DNA from: Alphaproteobacteria bacterium
Lineage (GTDB): Bacteria > Pseudomonadota > Alphaproteobacteria > MPNO01
Direction: 5' to 3'
DNA: 64,000 nt
NCBI GenBank assembly: GCA_965248835.1
Contig: CBDFLJ010000001.1
Coordinates: 128,001 to 192,000 of the forward strand
The position numbers were made by a program, and so were the translations under genes. Shown here piece by piece: positions 30,337 through 38,128 of the stretch. Numbering within the stretch: the first letter of the stretch is position 1; every line of letters begins with the position of its first letter. The notes under the pieces are model-generated. The model did no database searches, was not told where the DNA came from, and was given only the letters and a program-made list of their open reading frames with translations.

Positions 30337-30959
30337 TAGGTCGCCGGGTCCGCGCTCGCCGTTGCTCGGCCCCGGCGCCAATCGAACGGACGCAGCCGCG
30401 ACATCATCGCGTCGGCCCGGCCAAGCGCGCGGTCGAGCCTGGCCATCGTGCGGGCGAGATCGGTGCTGTCGTCACGCAGGAACACCATCAGCGTTGCCAG
30501 ATAGATCGCCGCGAGCCCCTTGACCCTCAGGCGGCCGAGCGGACCCGAGGTGCCGATCCCGGCCGCCTCCAGCGACCAGGACATCGTGCGCATCAGGCGG
30601 CACCCGGCCGCAAGGCCGGCCTCGGGCGCCAGCAAGGCGTCGCAGACGATCGAGCCCAGCGCGGAGCGATGCGGCCGCAGCGCTTCGAAGCGGCGCACCA
30701 GGATGTCGAACAGCCGGTCGCGCACCGGCTCGGCCAGCGCTTCGGCATCGGTGCCGGCGATCACCTGGGCGTCGATCCGGTCGGTGAAAGCGGTAACGAT
30801 CGCGCCCTTGCTGCGGAACATGCCGTGCAGGCCGTCGAGGCCGATACCGGCGGCCTCGGCGATGTCGCGCATGCTCACCTCGCGCCAGCGCCGCTCGGCG
30901 GCAAGCCGCATCGCGGCGTCGATCACGCGGTCCGGGTTGGGTCGTCGAGGTGCGGCCAT
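30336..30959 (-). CDS. TetR/AcrR-family regulator-like protein
   Basis: N-terminal HTH; RDRLFDILVRRFEAL; TMARLDRAL. Confidence 0.85.
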   Translation of the reverse strand: MAAPRRPNPDRVIDAAMRLAAERRWREVSMRDIAEAAGIGLDGLHGMFRSKGAIVTAFTDRIDAQVIAGTDAEALAEPVRDRLFDILVRRFEALRPHRSALGSIVCDALLAPEAGLAAGCRLMRTMSWSLEAAGIGTSGPLGRLRVKGLAAIYLATLMVFLRDDSTDLARTMARLDRALGRADAMMSRLRPFDWRRGRATASADPAT

Positions 30960-31121
30960 CGTCTTCGATCCACTGCCGTTCCTGCCGGGACAAGTCTAGA
31001 TCGAAGGCGGACGTTTCGGAAGCCTCGCTTTGGCCGGGGCCGCCGCCGCGTATTGCCCCGGGGCGTCCGCCATGCGAATGTGCCGCCTGCGGACCCCGTC
31101 GGGATGTGGAGCCTTCTCGTC

Positions 31122-31844
31122 ATGGGACTCGGTGTCGGTCGGCCCGCGCGGGCGCCGCGGGACATAGCGTTGAGCCGCGAGGAAGAGATCGATCTCGCCG
31201 CCCGGACCGCGGCGGGCGACCGGCTGGCCGCGACACGCCTGGTCCGCGCCCATCAGCGCTTCGTCGTCTATCTCGCCAAGCGTCACCGGCGCTACGGGAT
31301 ACCGTTCGCCGATCTGATACAGGAAGGCATGGTCGGGCTTCTGGAGGCGATCCGGCGGTTCAATCCGGAACGCAACGCGCGGCTTTCGACCTACGCGGTG
31401 TGGTGGATCCGGGCCGCCATCCAGGACCATATCGTCAAATCGGTGCCGCTGGCGCGGCTCGGATCGAGCGCTGCCCGACGGGCGCAGCTCTTCGGAGCCA
31501 GGCGAGACCAAGCGCAGGCCGAGCCGCAGCGCGAGGCGATCGTGCCCGTGGACTCGCTGCCGTCTGCCGAGCCCTCGCCCGAGGAGCGGCTCATGAGCGT
31601 CCGCCAGTGGGCTCAGCCGCTGCGGCTGCTCCCCGGAGCGCTCAAGTCGCTGTCGCCCCGCGAACGGCTGATCATCGTGCGGCGCTTCCTCAACCAGCCC
31701 GCGCGCAGCCGCGCCGCGATCGGCCGGGAGCTCGGGTTGTCCAAGGAACGGGTGCGTCAGCTCGAGATCCGGGCGCTTGCCCGGCTCCGGGCGGTGATTC
31801 AGCCTGGTCCGGCTCGCTCGGAACAGGCCCCGGAGCCGGGTTAA
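31122..31844 (+). CDS. Shortened RpoH-like sigma-70 factor (regions 1.2, 2 and 4; region 3 largely absent; start uncertain)
   Basis: LSREEEIDLA, DLIQEGMVGLLEA..RFNPER..RLSTYAVWWIRAAIQ, LSPRER..IGRELGLSKERVRQLE. Confidence 0.8.
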   Translation: MGLGVGRPARAPRDIALSREEEIDLAARTAAGDRLAATRLVRAHQRFVVYLAKRHRRYGIPFADLIQEGMVGLLEAIRRFNPERNARLSTYAVWWIRAAIQDHIVKSVPLARLGSSAARRAQLFGARRDQAQAEPQREAIVPVDSLPSAEPSPEERLMSVRQWAQPLRLLPGALKSLSPRERLIIVRRFLNQPARSRAAIGRELGLSKERVRQLEIRALARLRAVIQPGPARSEQAPEPG

Positions 31845-33412
31845 CGCAGGCGGATCAGCCGGCCCGGCGACGGGTCGCGCCGGGCGCTCTCGGCAAGGAC
31901 GCGCAGCTCGCGCCTGAGCACCTTGCCGGCCGCATTGCGCGGCAGCGATTCGAGGAACAGATAGCCCCGCGGCCGCTTATAGCCGGCAAGCGCGCTGTCC
32001 CGGCAACGGGCGTCGAGCGCCTCGGCGTCCAGCGCCGCATCGCCGCGCACCACGCAGGCCAGCACGATCTGGCCCCAATGCGGATCGGCCAGGCCGATGA
32101 CCGAGCAGGCGGCCACACCGGCATGGGCGTCGAGCACCGACTCGATCTCCTCGGGATGGATGTTCTCGCCGCCCGAGCGGATCATGTCGTCGACCCGGCC
32201 GCGCAGCGTAAGGTCGCCGTCGGCCTCCTGCAGGACGATGTCGCCGCTGTAGTACCAGCCGTCGCGGACCTTCTCTGCGGTGACCTCGGGCAGGTCGAGA
32301 TAACCCGAGAATGTGGCGTCGGCGCCGGCATCGATGATCAGCTCGCCCTCCTCGCCGGGCGCTACGGTCTCATCGGGCGCGCCGCCGAACCGTATCGCCC
32401 GGGTCCGGGAATAGAATCCGGGCCGGAGCGTCGCCGGGCGCGCGACCGGCTCCGGGTTGTAGAGCGAGCACATCGTCTCGGTGGTGCCGTAGATATGCCG
32501 GATGGCGGCCGTCCAGTTCCGGTCCATGTGCGCGATCAGCGCGGGATCGATCATCGCCCCGCCATAGAGCACGAGATCGAGCGAGGCGAGCCGTTCCGGC
32601 GCGTAGCCGGGTGCGGAGACCATCGCGTGGTACAAGGTCGGGATCGCGAACAGGTAGGTGATCCGGTGGCGCTCGATCGCCTCGACCGCCTTGACGGGAT
32701 CGAAACCCGACATGACGTAGTAGGTGCCGCCGTAGGCGAGCGTGACCAGGAACACGCCGTAGAAGCCGATGGCGTGGCTGAGCGGCATGAACCCCAGGGT
32801 CCGGTTGTGGGCGCCGTGCCGCAGCCCGGCCTGGGTCGAAAGCCAGATCACCCGATGCTCGGTGGTCCGATGCGCCAGCACCACGCCCTTGGGCAGACCG
32901 GTTGTCCCCGAGGTGTAGAAGATGAACGCCGGGTCCTCGCGGTTCGGGCGCGGACGCGGCCCGAGGGCCGCTGGGTCTGCTCGGCAGCGGGCGAAGTCCT
33001 CCGCCCGCCCCGCAGCGCCGCCGCAGGCGAGGATCGGCGCGCGATCGGGCAGCGCGGCCGCGGCCGCGGCGGCCAGGGTCTCCTCGGCCGGGATGATCGC
33101 CGCTTCCATCCTGCCGCTGGACAGAAGCGCACGAATGTCCGCCGGGTTGAGCCGCAGATTGATCAGAGCGGGCACGGCGGCCAGCCGCTGCAGCGCGAGC
33201 AGCGCGATCGCGTGGTCGAACGTCGACGGCAGCACCGTTGCGACCCGCGCGCCGGCGCCGATGCCGCGCTCCGCCAGCCCGGCGGCGACCGATTCGATCT
33301 CGTCGATCAACGCGCCATAGCTCAGCTTGCGTTCGGTCCGGTCGTCGACGATCGCCGTCTGAGCAGGCGTGCGCTCGGCCGAAAGCCACACCAGGTCGAA
33401 TGCGGTTTGCAC
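31841..33412 (-). CDS. Aryl-CoA ligase, 4-chlorobenzoate-CoA ligase (FcbA)-like
   Basis: AFIFYTSGTTGLPKG, LSTQAGLRHG.HN..LG.MPL.H.IGF, IYGTTE.M.SLY, PGFYS, SGGENIHP. Confidence 0.8.
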   Translation of the reverse strand: MQTAFDLVWLSAERTPAQTAIVDDRTERKLSYGALIDEIESVAAGLAERGIGAGARVATVLPSTFDHAIALLALQRLAAVPALINLRLNPADIRALLSSGRMEAAIIPAEETLAAAAAAALPDRAPILACGGAAGRAEDFARCRADPAALGPRPRPNREDPAFIFYTSGTTGLPKGVVLAHRTTEHRVIWLSTQAGLRHGAHNRTLGFMPLSHAIGFYGVFLVTLAYGGTYYVMSGFDPVKAVEAIERHRITYLFAIPTLYHAMVSAPGYAPERLASLDLVLYGGAMIDPALIAHMDRNWTAAIRHIYGTTETMCSLYNPEPVARPATLRPGFYSRTRAIRFGGAPDETVAPGEEGELIIDAGADATFSGYLDLPEVTAEKVRDGWYYSGDIVLQEADGDLTLRGRVDDMIRSGGENIHPEEIESVLDAHAGVAACSVIGLADPHWGQIVLACVVRGDAALDAEALDARCRDSALAGYKRPRGYLFLESLPRNAAGKVLRRELRVLAESARRDPSPGRLIRLR

Positions 33413-33431
33413 GGCTTATCTTGCGTTTGGC

Positions 33432-34658
33432 TCAGCCGGCGATCAAGTGGCCGAGCCGGGCGAGGCAGGCATCGCGGTCGGGTGCGAAGCCCTCGTCGAG
33501 CCACCAGTCCTCGACCGCGCGCAGGAGCGCGCCGATGCGGGGGCCAGCGGCCACGCCGGCAGCCAGCACGTCTGCACCGACGAGCGGGAAAACCGGCGGG
33601 GTCCAGTCCGCGAGCGCTGCGGCCTGCCGGTCCCAGCGCGACGCGGTGCCGGGATCCGACGCGGCGGCGACCACCAGCGCATCGGCGAAGCCCGCAGCGC
33701 CCCAGCGGTAGAGCGCGCGAGGGGTCGACCACGCGCCCGAAGCGAGCGCCGCACCGCGCCCGACCGCTGCCGCCAGACGATCGGACTCCGCGCGCGACAT
33801 TCTGAGCCTGGCACAAAGCCCTGGAACCTCGGCGGGCGCGCAATCGAGCGCTGCGGCAAGCCGCCGGACGGAAGAGGGCGCAAGACCCAGCCGATCCTCG
33901 AAATCCGCCGCGCCGGCAAGACGATGCGGCCGGCGCGCCTCGCCGAGTACCCGGGCGAGCACGCCGGCCTCGCTCATCAAGACGAATATTGCGGCCGGAT
34001 CCGGTGCCAGCAGGGTTGTCGAAATCTCCGACCAGACCCGCTCGGCCGATAGTCCCGAAAGCATCGGCGCCATCTCTCGGCACGCCGCCATCGCGTCCGG
34101 GTCCGGAACGCCCTTGCCGTACCAGGCATGGAACCTGAAGAACCGCAACAGCCTGAGAACGTCCTCGGCGATGCGCGCCCGCGCCTGCCCGACGAAGCGG
34201 ACCCGGCCGGCGCACAGGTCGGCAAGCCCGCCCGTCGGGTCGTAGATCGTCCCGTCCGGATCGCAGTAGAGCGCGTTCATGGTGAAATCGCGGCGGGCGG
34301 CGTCGGCGGCCCAATCGTCGGTAAAAGCGACCACCGCGTGGCGCCCGTCGGTCTCGACGTCGCGCCTTAGCGTGGTGACCTCAAACCCCGCGTGATCGAT
34401 CACCGCCGTCACGGTGCCGTGGGCAAGCCCGGTGGGCACGCAGCGGATGCCCGCGGCGGCAAGCAGGCCCATGACGTCTTCCGGGGGCCGCGGCGTTGCG
34501 ATGTCGATGTCCTTGACGGCACGGCCCAGATAGCCGTCGCGCACACAGCCGCCCACGAAGCGCGCCGGCGTGCCCTCGGCGGCGAGCGCGGCGATCAGCG
34601 CGCGCGCGGCAGGCGAGGTCATCCACGGCTGGGGGCTGATCCTGCCGGCCGCGATCAC
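33432..34658 (-). CDS. cca: CCA tRNA nucleotidyltransferase
   Basis: VGGCVRD..DIDIAT, EVTTLRRD, DAARRDFTMNA, EDVLRLLRFFRF. Confidence 0.93.
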   Translation of the reverse strand: MIAAGRISPQPWMTSPAARALIAALAAEGTPARFVGGCVRDGYLGRAVKDIDIATPRPPEDVMGLLAAAGIRCVPTGLAHGTVTAVIDHAGFEVTTLRRDVETDGRHAVVAFTDDWAADAARRDFTMNALYCDPDGTIYDPTGGLADLCAGRVRFVGQARARIAEDVLRLLRFFRFHAWYGKGVPDPDAMAACREMAPMLSGLSAERVWSEISTTLLAPDPAAIFVLMSEAGVLARVLGEARRPHRLAGAADFEDRLGLAPSSVRRLAAALDCAPAEVPGLCARLRMSRAESDRLAAAVGRGAALASGAWSTPRALYRWGAAGFADALVVAAASDPGTASRWDRQAAALADWTPPVFPLVGADVLAAGVAAGPRIGALLRAVEDWWLDEGFAPDRDACLARLGHLIAG

Positions 34659-34673
34659 GGTTCCGGCCGTTGT

Positions 34674-34982
34674 TCAGTCGCCTGGCTCGGCCCTGTCCCG
34701 GGCAGGTTCGACCACCTGCTCACCGGGCACGACCTTGCCGTCGACGACGCGCGCGGGCGTGTAGACGTTGCCGGGCTCCGCCCCGGTGAACAGCGCCAGC
34801 GAGCCCAAGGTCAGCGACAGCGCGACGACTCCGGCGATGCCGAGCTTGTCCCACGGCGCGGCCGCCCAGCCGGTCTTGCGGTCCGGTGCCCCGGTTTTGC
34901 CGGGCGACAGGTGGTTCCACAGATACCAGACGATCGCCGGCAGCACCAAGGGCACCAGATAGGTGATCAGGATCCGGGTCAT
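34674..34982 (-). CDS. Small membrane protein (DUF6111-like)
   Basis: Two TM segments; YTPARVVDGKVVPG. Confidence 0.75.
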   Translation of the reverse strand: MTRILITYLVPLVLPAIVWYLWNHLSPGKTGAPDRKTGWAAAPWDKLGIAGVVALSLTLGSLALFTGAEPGNVYTPARVVDGKVVPGEQVVEPARDRAEPGD

Positions 34983-35596
34983 CGCCGCCGCAAGACTCTC
35001 GACAGATCGACCACGAAGCGCGCCGTCAGCCCCCAGATGAAATACTGGCGATAGGGGATGGCATAGAACTGGCGTTCGATGTTGCCGCGCACTCTGGTCT
35101 CGAAGCGATGATTGGCCGGCTCGATGAGAAAGTCGAGCGGAACCTCGAAGATTTCCGCGACCTCGTTCTCGTCGGGGACCAGGGACAACGGCGGCTCGAT
35201 CACGCCGACGACAGGGACGACCCGGTAGCCCGATCCGGTCTCGCGGACGTTGAGCCGGCCGGCGATACGGACGCGCTCCGCCGGCAGTCCGATCTCCTCG
35301 GCGGTTTCGCGCAGCGCAGTTGCCTCCGGCGAGCCGTCATCCGGCTCCATCCGCCCGCCGGGGAAGGAGATCTGTCCCGAGTGAGATTTCAGGTGATCGG
35401 TCCGCCGGGTGAACAGCAGCGTCAGCCCGTCGGACCGTTCGACCACCGGGACCAGCACGGCGGCGGCGCGGAACGTCTGGCCGTTGCTGCCGCGCGGCCA
35501 CGCGGTGATCCAGTCCGGCCCGTCCCGACTGGGATCGGCCCCGACGCCGGGATCGGCGAAGGATGCAAAGATGTGCTCGCCTGCAAGGCCCGTCAC
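34979..35596 (-). CDS. Nudix CoA pyrophosphatase (start approximate)
   Basis: AAVLVP, HSGQISFPGG, ALRETAEEIG, IWGLTA. Confidence 0.92.
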   Translation of the reverse strand: MTGLAGEHIFASFADPGVGADPSRDGPDWITAWPRGSNGQTFRAAAVLVPVVERSDGLTLLFTRRTDHLKSHSGQISFPGGRMEPDDGSPEATALRETAEEIGLPAERVRIAGRLNVRETGSGYRVVPVVGVIEPPLSLVPDENEVAEIFEVPLDFLIEPANHRFETRVRGNIERQFYAIPYRQYFIWGLTARFVVDLSRVLRRR

Positions 35597-35606
35597 GTCC
35601 GGCGTC

Positions 35607-36173
35607 TCAATCCTCTCCGGTGCGCCCGAGCGCGAAGAACCGTCCACAACTCCATACTCCCAGCACCGGGCCGTCGGTGTCGGCCTTCTCCTCGCCGAGT
35701 TCGACCAGATCATAGAACACCGAGCGGACGATCAGGGCTTCCAGACCGTCCCTGACCGTCAGATAGGGCGCCGGCTGTCCGGTTTCCACGTCGACCGCAA
35801 CCCGCAGGGGATGCGTTTCATCCAGGGTGACGATGTCATCGACGTTGGTGCGGAACCGCAACCGGCGCTCGGATCCGGTACCCTCGACAAACATCTCCAC
35901 CGCCGTGAACGGCGCGTCATCGACCTGGATGCGGGCCTTCTCCACCGGGGTTTCAAGCCAGAACTCGCCGTCGGAGTCGCGCCGCAGAACGCCCGCGAAC
36001 AGCTTGACCAGAGGTTTGCGGCCGATCGGGGAGCCGTGGTAGAACCATGTGCCGTCGCGCGCGATGCGCATGTCGATGTCGCCGCAGAATTGCTGGGCCG
36101 GCGGCGTCGGTCCTTCGGCCGGCGGCGGCTTTCGAAGGCCTTGCGTCAATCGGGCGAGATCAGACTCCGACAT
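35607..36173 (-). CDS. DUF1285 protein
   Basis: FCGDIDMRIARDGTWFY.GSPIGR, LETPVEK, VDDAPF. Confidence 0.9.
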   Translation of the reverse strand: MSESDLARLTQGLRKPPPAEGPTPPAQQFCGDIDMRIARDGTWFYHGSPIGRKPLVKLFAGVLRRDSDGEFWLETPVEKARIQVDDAPFTAVEMFVEGTGSERRLRFRTNVDDIVTLDETHPLRVAVDVETGQPAPYLTVRDGLEALIVRSVFYDLVELGEEKADTDGPVLGVWSCGRFFALGRTGED

Positions 36174-36200
36174 ATCGGCCCGTGCCAATCCGAGGTTGCC

Positions 36201-37223
36201 GTGTCCGACGCCCCGATCGAACCCGCAAATCGCCCGCCGGACGAGACGCCGCGCGCCACCGCGGAAATCGAGGCCTTGGGCCACCGCATGGCCATGGCAC
36301 GCGACCGGATCGGCCGCGTGATCTTCGGCCAGGAAGAGGTGATCGAGCAGACTCTTACCACGCTGCTCGCGGGCGGTCACGCGTTGCTGATCGGCTATCC
36401 CGGGCTCGGCAAGACGCGGCTGGTCGAAACGCTCGGCACGGTGCTCGGGCTCGATGACAAGCGGGTCCAGTTCACCCCCGATCTGATGCCGGCCGACATC
36501 CTGGGCTCCGAAGTGATGGAGGAGAGCGAGACCGGCCGCCGCGCGTTCCGCTTCATCTCGGGCCCGGTCTTCTGTCAGCTCCTGATGGCGGACGAGATCA
36601 ACCGCGCGAGCCCCCGGACCCAGTCCGCGCTGCTCCAGGCGATGCAGGAGCACCGCGTCTCGGTCGCCGGCCAGTACCACCCCCTGCCCCAGCCGTTCCA
36701 CGTGCTGGCCACCCAGAATCCACTGGAGCAGGAAGGGACATACCCGTTGCCGGAGGCCCAGCTCGACCGGTTTCTGTTGCAGATCGATGTCGGCTACCCC
36801 GACGAGCTCGCCGAGCGCAGGATGCTGATCGCAACGACCGGCATCGAGGAGGTGCCTGCCGAGCGGGTGATGTCCGGCGAGGATCTCCGCGCCGGCCAGC
36901 GCCTGGTTCGCGGCATTCCGGTCGGCGAGGAGGTGGTCAAGGCGATCCTCGCGCTCGTCAGGCGCGGCCGCCCGGAGAGCTCGGACCTTCCCGAAGTGAT
37001 TGAGCAGGTCGCCTGGGGCCCGGGCCCGCGGGCGAGCCAGGCGCTGATGCTGGCAAGCCGCGCCCGCGCGCTGCTGGACGGCCGCCTCGCGCCGTCGATG
37101 GATGACGTGCTCGCGCTCGCGCCGCCGGTGCTGCGCCACCGGATGGCCGTCAACTTCGCCGCACGGGCGGACGGGGTGACGGTTGACGACATCGTTGCAC
37201 GATTGTGCGCGCGCCTCGGCTAG
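36201..37223 (+). CDS. MoxR-family AAA ATPase
   Basis: GYPGLGKT, RVQFTPDLMPAD, ADEINRA, ATQNPLEQEGTYPLPEAQLDRF. Confidence 0.95.
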   Translation: MSDAPIEPANRPPDETPRATAEIEALGHRMAMARDRIGRVIFGQEEVIEQTLTTLLAGGHALLIGYPGLGKTRLVETLGTVLGLDDKRVQFTPDLMPADILGSEVMEESETGRRAFRFISGPVFCQLLMADEINRASPRTQSALLQAMQEHRVSVAGQYHPLPQPFHVLATQNPLEQEGTYPLPEAQLDRFLLQIDVGYPDELAERRMLIATTGIEEVPAERVMSGEDLRAGQRLVRGIPVGEEVVKAILALVRRGRPESSDLPEVIEQVAWGPGPRASQALMLASRARALLDGRLAPSMDDVLALAPPVLRHRMAVNFAARADGVTVDDIVARLCARLG

Positions 37224-38125
37224 GCCGGCTGCCGCGGCTCGGATCGTCGACACCCGGCGCACCGGCGCTGCGCCGCGCCGCCGAGGAAGCGGCTGCACGC
37301 ATCCCCGACCTGATGGTGGCCGCCGAGCGGATCGCCGCGACCGTCATTCAAGGCGTGCACGGCCGCCGCCGGGTCGGCCAAGGCGATACCTTCTGGCAGT
37401 TCCGCCAGTACCAGCAGGGAGACCCGGCCCAGGCCATCGACTGGCGCCAAACCGCCAAGTCGCGCGCCGCCTTCGTGCGCGAGAACGAGTGGGAGGCGGC
37501 CCAGAGCGTGTGGATATGGTGCGACCGTTCGCCGTCGATGCGGTTCGCCTCGGCGGCGGCCCGGCCCGACAAGCAGGCGTGCGCCTCGGTGCTCTCGCTT
37601 GCGCTGTCGCTTCTGCTGATCCGCGGCGGCGAGCAGGTCTCGCTTCTGGGCTCGGGCATGGCGCCCGATAACGGCCGGGCGGCAGGCCTGCGCATTGCCG
37701 AGATGCTCGCCCGTGAAGACGAGCCCGGCCCGAGCCTGCCTCCGATCGAGCCGCTGCCGCGCTATGCGCGCCTTGTGATGTTGTCCGACATGCTCCAGCC
37801 GATCCCCGAGATCGAGAGCTGCGTGCGGGAATTTGCCGCGATGGGGGTCGATGGCCATATCCTGCATATCCTCGACCCTGCCGAGGCGAACCTGCCCTAT
37901 GATGGCCGTGTTCGGTTCGAAGGGCTTGAAGGCGAAGGCGCCATCCTGATCGGGCGCGTCGAGGGCATACGCGAGGACTATGTCAGCGTCATGCGGCGCC
38001 ATCGCGACGGGCTAAGCGATCTGGCCCGGTCGGTCGGCTGGACCTGCGCCAGCCACCTGACGGATACCCCGCCGCAGACCGCGCTGTTGGCGCTTTATGC
38101 GGCGCTTGCCGGGGATCGAGTCTGA
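37205..38125 (+). CDS. DUF58 (VWA-like) protein
   Basis: GVHGRRRVGQG.TFWQFRQY..GD..IDWRQTA. Confidence 0.92.
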   Translation: MRAPRLGRLPRLGSSTPGAPALRRAAEEAAARIPDLMVAAERIAATVIQGVHGRRRVGQGDTFWQFRQYQQGDPAQAIDWRQTAKSRAAFVRENEWEAAQSVWIWCDRSPSMRFASAAARPDKQACASVLSLALSLLLIRGGEQVSLLGSGMAPDNGRAAGLRIAEMLAREDEPGPSLPPIEPLPRYARLVMLSDMLQPIPEIESCVREFAAMGVDGHILHILDPAEANLPYDGRVRFEGLEGEGAILIGRVEGIREDYVSVMRRHRDGLSDLARSVGWTCASHLTDTPPQTALLALYAALAGDRV

Positions 38126-38128
38126 GAG

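Noticed and set aside
30950-33805. Long Arg/Ala/Gly-rich ORFs (also 5882-7999, 7866-10001, 23940-26207, 38159-40882, 52454-54847)
   Set aside because: Antisense or off-frame shadows of clear genes, expected in high-GC DNA.
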